This document shows, piece by piece, positions 39,341-51,656 of a DNA stretch of 60,379 nt. The position numbers and the translations under genes are program-made. The notes under the pieces are model-generated. The model ran no database searches, had not been told where the DNA came from, and saw only the letters and a list, made by a program, of their open reading frames with translations. The stretch comes from Octopus sinensis (lineage: Eukaryota). The stretch covers positions 1-60,379 of the forward strand of contig NW_021832579.1 in assembly GCF_006345805.1 (NCBI RefSeq). The letters run 5' to 3'. How positions within the stretch are numbered: position 1 is the first letter of the stretch; each line of letters opens with the position of its first letter.

Positions 39341-40308
39341 TCACCCACTACACTCTCGGAGTGGTTGGCGTTAGGAAGGGCATCCAGCTGTAGAAACACT
39401 GCCAGATCTGACTGGCCTGGTGCAGCCTTCGGGCTCCCCAGACCCCAGTTGAACCGTCCAACCCATGCTAGCATGGAAAGCAGACGTTAAATGATGATGA
39501 TGATGAATTCCAGGCTTCTTTGATTAGTATTACTGCTGATGTGGGAGCTGCCTGACCTGGGCATGGATGGAAAAACTAAGGAACAATAAAATAATTTTTG
39601 TTATGTGTTCTGACACATTTCATTGCTAATCTTCAGCTTCTTTTTTTTTCTTTTTTTTTTCTTTACTTGTTTCAGTCATTTTGACTGTGGCCATGCTGGA
39701 GCACTGCCTTTAATCGAGCAACTTGACCCCGGGACATAAACACACCAGCATCAATTGTCAAGCAATGCTAGGGGGACAAACACAGACACACAAACACACA
39801 CGCACATACATATATATATACATATATACGACGGGCTTCTTTCAGTTTCCGTCTACCAAATCCACTCACGAGGTTTTGGTCGGCCCGAGGCTATAGTAGA
39901 AGACACTTGCCCAAGGTGTCACGCAGCTACTTACCACACAGCCCCTCCTGCGATGCTCAATCTGCTCTTTAAAACATTTAAGAAGAGCAGTCTCAGAATG
40001 CAAAATAACAAAATATTGTCTTATAAAAATGATTTCTTTCACTAGTGATTATTAAGAATTATAATGATGCCTTTTATAATAACAATAATAATGATAATGA
40101 TGATGATGATGATCTTTTCTACTTTAGGGACAAGGCTTAAATTTTGGGAAAAGTGGGCTGCTGATTACATCAACCCCAGTACACCACTGGTACTTATTCC
40201 ATCGACCATGAAAGGATGAAAGGCTAAGTCAATCTTGGCAAAATTTGAACTCAGAACATAAAAATTAACATTTGCCTAATGTGCTAGTGTTTCTGCCGTC
40301 TCATGGCC

Positions 40309-40356
<48 letters not shown>

Positions 40357-40389
40357 GTCACTTTGATGGCATGCAATGCTCTCTCACTC

Positions 40390-40420
<31 letters not shown>

Positions 40421-41214
40421 TAATAATAATAATAACAATAAACCACAGATCCACTTGTCAGTTGTTTGACCTTAACCAGTTGAGCATATCCCTTGGTGGC
40501 TGACAATATGTGCATCTCTGATCACAAGCAGTCGGGGAGTATCCTAGCCATCAGTTGAAAGGAATTTTTTGTGATTTGGATAATTCACCTTTGGAGATAT
40601 GGGTCTTTTGTTTATCATCCTTAAATGACCCTTATTCAGGGACCTTTTGAGCAAGGTGGGCTACTCAATCTCAAGAAAATTCTAACAAAGTCATGCACTG
40701 TTTATCTTGATTTAAAGACCACCATGCCACTGGTTGTGATGCATGTGCCTGATGTACCCTTATCAAGAACCCTTATCAGACAGCTAGTTATGATGGGTAT
40801 ACTAGGCTTTGTATATGTTACTCCTCTATTACTTCTAATGGCATGTACAGTTCTCTCACTCAATAATAATAATAATAATCATCATCGTCATCATCATTTA
40901 GCGTCCGCTTCCCATGCTAGCATGGGTTGGACGGTTCAACTGGGGTCTGTGAAGCTGGAAGGCTTCGTCAGGTCCAGTCAGATCTGGCAGTGTTTCTACG
41001 GCTGGATGCCCTTCCTAACGCCAACCACTCCGTGAGTGTAGTGGGTGCTTTTTACGTGTCACCCGCACAGGTGCCAGACAGAGCTGGCAAACGGCCACGA
41101 ACGGATGGTGCTTTTACGTGTCACTGGCACGTGGCCAGGCGAGGCTGGCAATGGACACGAACGGATGGTGCTTTTAATAATAATAATAATAATAATGATG
41201 ATGATGATTTCATT

Positions 41215-41890
41215 CCAGCAAACATTGGATGAAGCTGATGAAGAATCACGGAAATGGTTAAAAGAAAGATTTTTAAGGAAAGAAATGGAAGGACTGATTC
41301 TTGCTGCTCGAGAACAAGTTTTAGGTACTAACTCAATCAAGCGTAACACTGATAAAACAGCAGTATCACTTTTGTGTTAATTATGTGGAAAATGATCTGA
41401 GACTGTTAGACATATAATTAGTGGATGCTCAAAACTGGCCCAGAAGGAGCACAAAAAAGTCATTACAAAGTAGCAGTGCAAATACACAGGGAGTTGTGTT
41501 GGAAGTTTGAGCTAGAATGTTCGAATAAGTGGTATGTGCACTATTTTTTGCCAGTAGCAGAGAATAATCAGGTGAAAGGGATATGCCGATTGACACAGGT
41601 AAGAAGCTGCAACATAACCAACCAGGTATCAATTTCTTATGGAATGAATCCAAACAATGAACCTTCATTGGTGTAGCCATACCTGAGGGACCAGAACAAG
41701 GAAATTGGGAAGTATCAAGACGTAGCACTGGACGTGAAATTCATTCATGCAGCCTCGAAAGTGAGTGTGGTACCTATTATGATTGGTGCATTTTGGACAA
41801 TTTCAAAGAAAGCAATATTTAAGCATGTACTTCATAAGAAGTACTCAGTTGGCAAAAACACTCGAAACAGCACATATTGAGAAAGGGTTG
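41215..41890 (+). mobile_element. R4/Dong-like non-LTR fragment: CCHC zinc knuckle plus restriction-like endonuclease, degenerate
   Basis: KWLKERFLRKEMEGLILAAREQVLGTN, C*LCGK*SETVRHIISGC..LAQKEH, KYQDVA, VVPIMIGA, with stops and frameshifts. Preceded by (TAA)n. Confidence 0.8.
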
Positions 41891-41899
41891 TATCTTTAA

Positions 41900-42117
41900 C
41901 CCTTTAGTGTTTAAACCGGCCATATCCGGCCCAAATATTCTATGTTTTATATTCAAACTGGCGATATCTGGCTTCTCACACCTAATCTACATTGACATTC
42001 TAAAAATAAACAATCACATCATTGAAACCTCAAAGCTATAAGATAATGCATGATTAATTAAAAACAATTTGAGTGAAAAAATATTACATTTAACAGAGTA
42101 ATCTGAACACTAAAGGG
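41900..42117. mobile_element. piggyBac-like MITE, family 1 (opposite orientation)
   Basis: TTAA|CCCTTTAGTGTT ... AACACTAAAGGG|TTAA, perfect 12-bp TIR. Confidence 0.9.
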
Positions 42118-42334
42118 TTAAGCTGTGGGAAGGAGCCAAGATGTGACATAGGTAATTTCAGGAAAAGACAAAGAAAAGAAAGAATAAAGACAACAATAAT
42201 ATTCAATTGGCAGCTGATGAGGGAAATCATTTCATTATAAAAAGTTTGTTTTTTGTTGCCTCATTAATTTCTTTGCTTGTTATCACACTCCTGTTTGAAT
42301 TAGATAGAGCTGGTTTTTGTTAATTATTTATTAT

Positions 42335-43250
42335 GTGAAAGCATGTGGCCTAGTGGTTAAGTTGTTGCACTCACAACCACAAGATCGTGGTTTCAATTCC
42401 CAAAATGGGTGGTATGTAGTGTTTTTGAACAAAACATTTCATTTCTCAGTCTGGGTTGTGTTCTTGAGCAAGACACTTTATTTCATGTTGCTCCAATACA
42501 CTCAGCTGTAGAAATGAGTTGCAACGTCACAGGTGCCAAACTGTATCGGCCCCTTTGCCTTTCCCTTGGATAACATCAAGGGCATGGGGAGGGGAGGCTG
42601 GTATGCATGGGTGACTGCTGGTCTTCCATGAAAAATCTTGCCTGGACATGTGCCTTGGAGGGAAACTTTCTATGGTCATTCATAAACAAAGGAGATCTTT
42701 ATTCTTTACCCTTTATGTGAAGGCACATGGCTCAGTGGTTAGAGCGTCAGGCTCACAATCATGATTAAACGAGTTTGATTCTCAGACTGAGCTGTGTGTG
42801 TTGTGTTCTTGAGCAAGACACTTCATTTCACGTTGCTCCAGTTCACTCAGCTGTAGAAATGAGTTGCGATGTCACAGGTGCCAAGCTGTATCGGTCTTTG
42901 CCTTATCGGTCTTTGGATAACATCAGTGGCATGGAGAGAGGAGGCCAGTATGGATAGCAACTACTGGTCTTCCATAAACAATCCTGCCTGGATGTGTGCC
43001 TTGGAGAGAACTTTCTAGATGCAATCCCATGGTCATTCATGACTGAAGGGGGTCTTTACCCTTTCATGGTCATTCATTCCAAAGGGGGTCATCACCCTAT
43101 GTACATATAATGGTGTGGAGAGGAAAGGCTGGTATGCCTGGGCGAGTGCTTGTCTTCCATAAACAACCTTGCCCAGACTTGTACCTCAAAGGGTAACTTT
43201 CTAGATGCAATCCCATGGTCATTCATAACCGAAGGGGGTCTTTAACCTTT
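42335..43250 (+). mobile_element. Head-to-tail cluster of tRNA-derived SINE family D; other copies at about 12190-12430 (-), 22228-22500, 37950-38280
   Basis: tggcctagtggttaag / tggctcagtggttag A boxes, ttcttgagcaagacact body, repeated catggtcattcat tails. Confidence 0.85.
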
Positions 43251-43511
43251 TTTATAGTATGAATTAAACAGCTAAACAAGAGACTGGATTCTTGGATGAT
43301 TCTGTTTTTCTAAATTGTAATAGTTTATGATGATTAAAGGCTATTACAGCATTAGTTTATAGCAGAAGTTAAACATAAACATTAAATGTAAAAATTATTA
43401 TTGATTTTTAATTTTAAATATATATTACTTTATAAGTCTAAATTTGCATTTTTGTACATTGGCATATCTGTATGAATTAAGTCTTTACTTTCTGATTTAT
43501 GCTGACGTGTG

Positions 43512-43600
43512 TCAAAAGTTGTATGTTAGAGACAGAATGGATTCTGCTATGTCTTCTGAATTATCAGAGCTGATACTTTTCACTTCTTTATCAGTTCCGT
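43512..43600 (-). CDS. Candidate terminal exon c7: (Y)GTDKEVKSISSDNSEDIAESILSLTYNF*
   Basis: Long polypyrimidine tract then ttaaag|AC GGA, TGA at 43514-43512, ATTAAA about 100 nt downstream. Phase-compatible with c6. Confidence 0.35.
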
Positions 43601-43898
43601 CTTTAATCAATCAATTGTGAAGAAGAAGTAGGAGAGGAAAAAAAAAATCATTTTTTTCTTTCTTTCTTTCTTTTATTTTCTTTTTTTTTTTTTTTACCTC
43701 TTTTCAGCAAAGTAAACCCAATTCATTTGAACAATATATTTTGATCATGTAATACCTGAATGCAATGCCAAAAGCTGTGACTGAACGCACAAACTTTTTC
43801 CACCTCATGGCCAGTCAAATGAGATAATCATTAAACAATAAATAAGCATAGAAATTCTTCTTTAACACAGACACACACACACGCATGTACATTCATAC

Positions 43899-43946
43899 AC
43901 AGAGACAAAAACGAAAAGTGTCCCCCTCGGGTTAAAAACTGAGTAG
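43899..43946 (-). CDS. Candidate exon c6: (P)TQFLTRGGHFSFLSL
   Basis: tttttgtttttgttattttcctgtcattattgacag|CT ACT ... CTG T|gtatga, 48 nt, phase 1-1. Confidence 0.4.
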
Positions 43947-44116
43947 CTGTCAATAATGACAGGAAAATAACAAAAACAAAAAGACCATACCAACCTGAAG
44001 TGGTTTTAAGTGTTCCTACATTTACATACATATATTTGTGTGCATGTGAATATAATGTAACATGCACGAATACAGACAATCACATGTATAATACACATAC
44101 TGACATACAATCATAC

Positions 44117-44303
44117 GTATCTCTATATGGATATATGCTCTTGCATATTTCTCTACATCTTCAATTGCTTGGACAAAAGTGAGGTGGTTGGTGGTGTAGT
44201 CATATTTTTTTTCTTTTTTTGTTAGCAATTCATCTGGGAAGTTCATGTCTTCAGTGCTATGTGGAGTCATTGATAGCATATTAAGTAAGCAAGTAAAAGT
44301 TAT
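44117..44303 (-). CDS. Candidate exon c5: ITFTCLLNMLSMTPHSTEDMNFPDELLTKKEKKYDYTTNHLTFVQAIEDVEKYARAYIHIEI
   Basis: Long U-rich tract ...ggtttttgtttgag|ATA, donor ATA C|gtatga, 62 open codons, phase 0-1. Confidence 0.45.
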
Positions 44304-44868
44304 CTCAAACAAAAACCAAACAAAAACCAAAAAAAAAAAAAAAAAATATGCAAACACAAAGAAAAATGAATCTGGTAGTTAAACATTCTTTAAAAGACAT
44401 ATTCATCTGTCCTGTGCAAGCATGAAGAAGTGGACACAGAACAATCTATCTGTCTGTCTGTCTATCCATCTCTTTTACTTGTTTCAGTCATTTGACTGCG
44501 ACCATGCTGGAGCACCACCTTTAGTCGAGCAAATCAACCCTAGGACTTATTCTTTGTAAGCCTAGTACTTATTCTCTCGGTCTCTTTTGCCAAACCACTA
44601 GGTTACGGGGACATAAACACACCAACATCGGTTGTCAAGCAATGTTGGGGAGACAAGCACAGACACACAAACACACACATATATATACATATATACGACG
44701 GGCTTCTTTCAGTTTCCGTCTACCAAATCCATTCACAAGGCTTTGGTCGACCCGAGGCTATAGTAGAAGACACTTGCCCAGGGTGCCACGCAGTGGGACT
44801 GAACCCGGAACCATGTGGTTGGTAAGCATGCTACTTACCACACAGCCACTCCTGCGCCTATATACATG

Positions 44869-44902
<34 letters not shown>

Positions 44903-44914
44903 ATATATAATACA

Positions 44915-45165
44915 CCAGAGTAATCACAAAAATATGAAACAAGGTGGAAAAAAGAGTAACCGAATACCAGAGGTAGAGTAATATGCTTTATTTAAGAGCA
45001 GCAGAAATATAACAAAAGCTGTTACTCAGAGTTTCATGCTCCTGTTTGTCGGACAGTTTTGTTGAAAGCTATATATCTTTTATCTTTTAACAAAACTGTC
45101 CAACAAACGGGAATGTGAAACTCTGAGTAACAGCTTTTGTTATATTTCTGCTGCCTTTAAATAAA

Positions 45166-45228
<63 letters not shown>

Positions 45229-45450
45229 CTTTATTAAAAAAGCAGCAAAAATATCACAAAAACTGTTACTTAGAGTACTTGTTAGAAATGAAAACCCAGG
45301 TTTGAAATTACCCCAAGAACCTGATGAAGGTTGGAGAATACATCAGCTGAAACGCTGTGTTAACAACAAACAAAATGAGTACAAATATCAACAAATATAA
45401 ATAATGTAAATAATGTACATAATTCCTCATCTCTTAAATATACAACTGAA
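44915..45450. mobile_element. Cluster of Penelope-like terminal repeats: fold-back sister of 18262 plus a CTGATGA..GAAA family
   Basis: 44915-45175 is homologous to 18262-18501; CTGATGA at 45321-45327 and GAAA at 45349-45352. Confidence 0.7.
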
Positions 45451-45962
45451 ACTTTGAAGTTCAGCAGAGCAAACACCATATAGAAAAGAATATATTTACC
45501 ATTATCCTTCTGTCTCAGTTTCTAAAAGACCTTGCAGTTATATCTTTTTCTTTTCACTATTATCTTTCCTTCTATCTTTTATCTTTTACTTGTTTCAGTC
45601 ATTGGACTGTGGCCATGCTGGGGCATGGCCCTGAAGGACTTAGTCAATCAAATCAACCTCAGGACTTATTTCTAAGTCTGGTGCCTATTCTAATGGTATC
45701 TGGCTAAACCATTGTCAAGTGGTGGTGAAGGACGAACACAGCACAAACACAAAGGCATACACACATAAGCACATACACATACACACACCCATACATGGTG
45801 GCTGTGTGGTAAGTAGCATGCTTCCCAACCACATGGTTCCAGGTTCAGTCCCTAGGGCAGGTATCTTCTACTATAGCCTCGAGCCAACCAAAGCCTTGAG
45901 AGTGGATTTGGTAGATGGAAACTCAAAGAAGCTTGATGTGTTCATGTGCGTGTGTGCGTGTG

Positions 45963-46004
<42 letters not shown>

Positions 46005-46325
46005 GTGTGTGTGTGTGGCCTCGTGCTGGTTGCATGTAAAAAGCACCATCCATTTGTGGCCATTGCCAGCCTTGCCTGGCTCCCGTGCCGGTGGCACGTA
46101 AAAAGCACCATCTGATTGTGGCCATTTGCCAGCCTAGTCTGGCACGTAAAAAGCACCCACTACACTCACGGAGTGGTTGGCGTTGGGAAGGGCATCCAGC
46201 TGTAGAAACACTGCCAGATCAGACTGGGCCTGGCGCAGCCTTCTGGCTTCCCAGACCCCAGTTGAACCATCCAACCCATGGAAAGCGGACGCTAAACGAT
46301 GATGATGATGATGATGAGATATATA

Positions 46326-46364
<39 letters not shown>

Positions 46365-47139
46365 TATATATGCGTGTATGTATATATATATATTTATATA
46401 TATATACCCACATACATACATATATATGTGTATGTATGTATGTGTGTGTGTGTACTTGCACACATATTTATTTGTATATTTGTATGTGTGTGTATTTGTA
46501 TGTATGCTTGTAATATTTTTATGTGTGCGTTTTTATATGTGTGCATTTTGCAAGCAGAACAAAGTACCTAACTTTTGTTAGATACTTATTGGAAGCCAAT
46601 CATTTCACTCTCTCTCTACCTCTATCTATTTTTCCCTTTCTCTCTCTAACTTTCTGTTTCTTTTTCTTCTTTTCCCCTTTTTCTTTCTCCTCACCCCCCC
46701 CCCACATTTTACTCTCTGATTTTTTTCCCTTTTCTTTCTTTCACCTGTAACAACTAAATTGTATAAGCATACACCAGGTAATTTTGTGCGCATGCATGGG
46801 TGTGCATGCATACATATATATGCATATGTATATATTTATGTTTTGCCTATATATGTCTGTAGCCATGTACCTACGTCTATATGTTTAGTGAATATATACA
46901 TATATTTTAGATTGTTTGGTATGTGTATATATTGCTAAATGTACATGTATTTTAGTGTGAAAATTTTCTAAATGGATATATTTTTTAATTTATTAATTTA
47001 TTATTATTATTTTTACAGCTAATTATTTACCCTGGGTATTTAGGCCTCTCTCCTTCTTTATAAGCTATTTTTGATTTAAGATTTTCTTCAATTTTTATAA
47101 TATTATGATTTTAAACTGCAATTTGTTATTTCATGCAAA

Positions 47140-47298
47140 TGGTGCAGGAGTGGCTGTGTGGTAAGTAGCTTGTTTACATGGTTCCGGGTTCAGTCCCACT
47201 GCGTGGCACCTTGGGCAAGTGTCTTCTACTATAGCCTCAGGCCGACCAAAGCCTTGTGAGTGGATTTGGTAGACGGAAACTGAAAGAAGCCCATCGTA

Positions 47299-47329
<31 letters not shown>

Positions 47330-47552
47330 GCGTGTGTGTATTTGTGTGTCTGTGTTTGTCCCCCTAGCATTGCTTGACAACCAATGCTGGTGTGTTTATG
47401 TCCCCGTTACTTAGTGGTTTGGCAAAAGAGACCGATAGAATAAGTACTGGGCTTACAAAAGAATAAGTCCCGGGGTCGAGTTGCTCGACTAAAGGCGGTG
47501 CTCCAGCATGGCCGCAGACAAATGACTGAAACAAGTAAAAGAGTAAAAGAGG
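47140..47552 (+). mobile_element. SINE family A; other plus copies or fragments at about 9505-9655, 20794-21015, 45795-45930, 57380-57760
   Basis: Same head and tail motifs as 28030. Confidence 0.9.
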
Positions 47553-47663
47553 TTATTGAAAAGACCGTAAGTTGAAAGGACCAATGAAACAAAACCATTT
47601 TCATATGTGTATCTATCAAAATAATTGTATTTCTGCATATAACCTTATCTCGCTCCATTCTAA

Positions 47664-47714
47664 ACAAAACTGTCTGACAAACGAGAACGTGAAACTCTGA
47701 GTAACAGTTTTTGT
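47664..47714 (+). ncRNA. Degenerate hammerhead motif (same family as 18424)
   Basis: aaaactgt-CTGACAA-acgagaacgt-GAAA-ctctgagTA-acagtttt: 8-bp helix I, core G8 changed to A. Confidence 0.45.
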
Positions 47715-47728
47715 AATATTTTTGCTGC

Positions 47729-47782
<54 letters not shown>

Positions 47783-47783
<1 letters not shown>

Positions 47784-48078
47784 GAGGCACAATGGCCCAG
47801 TGGTTAGGGCAGGGGACTCGTGGTCATAGGATCACGGTTTCGATTCCCAGACCGGGCTTTGTGAGTGTTTATTGAGCGAAAACACCTAAAAGCTCCACGA
47901 GGCTCTGGCAGGGGGTGGGGTGGTGATCCCTGCTGTACTCTTTCACCACTCTTTCTTCTGTTGGCCTGCTCGCTTAGCCAGCGGGGTGGCGTCAATTGTA
48001 GGCTAAAACAATGTGAACGCATTGTGACCACCAATGTGTAACAACATCTGATGGTCTGGTCGGTCACGTGATCACGTG
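47783..48078 (+). mobile_element. tRNA-derived SINE family F; 3' fragment on the minus strand at about 59595-59700
   Basis: A box tggcccagtggttagg, B box ggtttcgattcc; 3' half matches the reverse complement of 59595-59700. Confidence 0.8.
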
Positions 48079-48730
48079 ATATATATATATATATATAAAG
48101 ACACACACAATGGGCTTCTTCCAGTTTCCACCTACCAAATCCACCCATAAGGTTTTTAGTCAGCCTGGAGCTGTAGTAGAACATACTTGCCCAAGGTGCC
48201 ATACAGTGGAACTGAACTCAAGACAACATGGTTGGCAGGAAGCAAGCTACTTAATCACACAGCCAACGACAATGATTTTGCTTCAGTTATTCATCTGTTG
48301 GAAACCAAAATTCCAAGATGTTGACGCCTCTCTATAACAACAGTCTACAGTTTGTAACCATTTAAAAGAAATAGAACCGAATAATTTTTTTTTTGTTCTT
48401 TACGTTATTTTTGGTAGGGTTTTGTTTTAGTTTTTTTTTTTTCACAGTTGCTAGTCAGCGATATGACAAACATTTCATAAAACCATTTTTAGCGTTCTGC
48501 TGAGAAAATTGCGAACTCATTGTTGAATGTTGATTATATATCTCGGCTGGAGATACATGTAGATCAAACACTCAATAAATTACATCTCTCCAGAATTCTG
48601 TCTCCCGGCCTGCTGTTATACATTTCAATGTTTACAACAGCGATAATGTCAAAGGTTACTTTGCATTACGGTACCAGCCAAAACGTTGAATATTCAAAAT
48701 TCTATTAATACCGCAAGAATATTCCAGTAA

Positions 48731-49231
48731 TCTTTATATATAAAAGTAAGGTTGTGTATCTGTCTCCTACGATTTAGATTCCTAACTACTCCCACATTTT
48801 GCGGTGCAGTTTAACCAAAACCGGGTATCTTATAGTCGTGATTCATATCGAGCCCTTCTGGGTATTAGCGCACGTCTACGATGAGTCTACGATTTAAAAA
48901 AAAATTTACCATCATTTTTTCCCATTTTTAATGCATTTTTTGCTATTATATAAGGGAAGTAACTCTCTAAAAGTGTCTACGATGAGTCAACGATTTAAAA
49001 AAAAGTTTATCATAATTTTTTCCCATTTTTAATGCATTTTTTTGCTATTATATAAGGGAAGTAACTCTCTAAAAATGTCTACGATGAGTCTACGATTTAA
49101 AAAAAAATTTACCATCATTTTTTCCCATTTTTAATGCATTTTTTGCTATTATATAAGGGAAGTAACTCTCTAAAAATGCTTATATAGTTATTTCCCTTAC
49201 AAACCCGAGCAACGCCGGGCAATACTGCTAG
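48731..49231 (+). mobile_element. Non-autonomous Helitron
   Basis: A|TC start, subterminal hairpin cccgagcaacgccggg (49204-49219), CTAG|T end, no TSD. Confidence 0.9.
48874..49178. repeat. Three tandem 101-102-bp units inside the Helitron
   Basis: gtctacgatgag unit starts at 48874, 48975, 49077. Confidence 0.95.
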
Positions 49232-49518
49232 TGATTAATAAATGTCTTTGTAACATAGTAGCAGATTACAGCTGGTAGACTCATTCATATTAATGACTTG
49301 TTAACGTTTCTGCTGCGCAGAGTTTTATATTTCTGTTATTGGCAGAGAATTCTTCTTTTTCCCCACCAGAGTATTGGAACATCCTTCCTGTCAATAATGT
49401 CTAACATCTAACTTGGTTTGATAAATTCAAATATCAATACAAACTGTCAATCCGATATTTTACACTTCCGCTTTTACAACCAATTGCATCAATTCAGCAT
49501 TCTGTTTGCCTGTCTGTC

Positions 49519-49559
<41 letters not shown>

Positions 49560-49942
49560 TCTTTTACCTGTTTCAGTCATTTGACTGTGGCCATGCTGGA
49601 GCACCGCCTTTAGTCGATCAAATCGACCCCGGGACTTATTCTTTCTTTGTAAGCTCAGTACTTAGTCTATCAGTCTCTTTTGCTGAACCGCTAAGTGACG
49701 GGGATGTAAACACACCAGCATCAGCTGTCAAGCAATGCTAGGGAGACAAACACATACACACACATACATATATTATATATACGACAGGCTTCTTTCAGTT
49801 TCCGTCTACCAAATCCACTCACAAGGCATTGGTCGGCCCGGGGCCATAGCAGAAGACACTTGCCCAAGATGCCACGCAGTGGGACTGAACCCGGATCCAT
49901 GTGGTTGGTCAGCAAGCTACTTACAACACAGCCACTCCTGCG

Positions 49943-49977
<35 letters not shown>

Positions 49978-50518
49978 TCGTCATCATTTAACGTCACTTG
50001 GACATTGCTGGCAAGCATTGGCCGGTTTGCCCAGGGCTGGCACACTGCAAGGCTGCACCAGACTCCAGTCTGATTTCTATGACTGGATGTCCTTCCTAAT
50101 GTCAACCACTCCGAGAGTGTAATGGGTGCTTTTACATGCTATTTGTATGACACTGTGGTGCATTTATGTGCCAATTTGTGTGACCCCAGTTTCGGCCACA
50201 ACCACGATTTTGCTAGGCTTGATGAGATTTCTTCTTAGGCACAACATAATGCCAAATGTCTTGGCCATTATTCTTCAATCAATAATCAGCACTAATCCAT
50301 TTCACTCTGCTAGTAACCATAGTTCAGACTTTCTGACTTTAATATAAAGAAGTTGTTTAGGAATATCATTTTTTGACTAACTTTTCAATATCTTATAATC
50401 AGTCTAGTTTCCTATAGATTTCTCTCTATTATTATATAATAAATGCTCCCCTTTTTTTCTCTCTTTATAGTCTTGACAGCCAATCGAATCCACCACCATT
50501 CCAGTATATTAGACTTAA

Positions 50519-50957
50519 CCATTTGCCATTCAGATTATCCAGTCAAATGTAATACTTATTTATTCATGCTGTTTTGAATAAATTATGCATTATTCTCATA
50601 GCTTTGAGATTTTGATGATGTGATTGTTTAGTTTTAGAAAGACATTGCCTGGTAAGCCAGAACCAGCCAGATTTGACCAGTCTGAACATAAAACAGAATA
50701 TTTAGGAAAAGGCCATCTTAAATGCTAAAGGGCCAATCCTATTAATATTCAGATTATCCAGTCAAATGTAATCCTTATTAATTTACATTGTTTTCAATTA
50801 ATCATGTGTTATCTCTTAGCTTTGAGATCTTGATGATGTGATTGATAATTTTGAGAATATCATTGTAGGGTAGGTGTGAGAGGTTGGATCTAGACAGATC
50901 AAACTGGAAACAGGTAGAATATTTAGACTGGACATAAACGATTTAAATGCCAAGGGG
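50519..50957. mobile_element. Two tandem family-1 piggyBac-like MITEs
   Basis: TTAA at 50515-50518; two copies of ttcagattatccagtcaaatgtaat, each ending in an (a)aggg TIR. Confidence 0.75.
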
Positions 50958-51217
50958 TTTATCCTTCACTCAATTTTAAAACAACCACTTTGTCTTTGGG
51001 TGTCTTTAGCAAAATCCACTCAGTTGCATGAATTTTGGCCTGGTTTCAGGTATGAATTATATTACCTGTGCTTACCAATTTTTTAGCTCTTTTCGTCTGA
51101 ATACTCCATACTAATCTCGACGACCCAAGCTGAATTATCCAAATGATAGATGAACTGTACAACCACAAGAACTTTGTGATGTTTTTTATGTTGTCCACTG
51201 TACTACTTAACAGAGGA

Positions 51218-51656
51218 AGCCAGCTGGAGGAGATGTCTTCCTGGGGCTACAAACTACAGTAGCATCCACCCTTAGGGGTTAGCCATATTTAAATGGCAAA
51301 TATGCGTTACGATGTGTTGCAGCTACTGTTTATAACTCGCTCTAAGATTTATTATTGCTTGTTTACACTTTTTCGATATCAGTGTCTTTACGATACTGGA
51401 AAAAGTATATGTATTTGCGATGGGAACCTACTTTTCATCGACAACGGTGATTGTCACGCACCGATGACAGGTCAATGCCCAGAAACTCAAGTCCCTGTGT
51501 ATCATAAGTTGGAGACGGGAAGGATGGCTTCCCTTTGCATATACTGATAGGGCACAGAAAGTGTGTCTATAGCCAGCTGGAGGAGGTGTCCTCCTGGGGC
51601 TACAAACTACAGTAGCATCCACCCTTAGGGGTTAGCCATATTTAAATGGCAAATAT
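51218..51656. repeat. 86-bp direct repeats (51218-51303, 51571-51656) with a 353-bp period
   Basis: Near-identical (2 mismatches) agccagctggaggag...aaatggcaaatat. Confidence 0.95.

Noticed and set aside
38959-39490. ORFs of 107-171 aa on both strands
   Set aside because: They result from the in-frame 63-bp SINE repeat; there are no splice signals or domain evidence.
42716-42800. tRNA-gene-like sequences (also 47783, 56245-56320, 12350-12430)
   Set aside because: They have A/B boxes but no complete cloverleaf and continue into SINE bodies.
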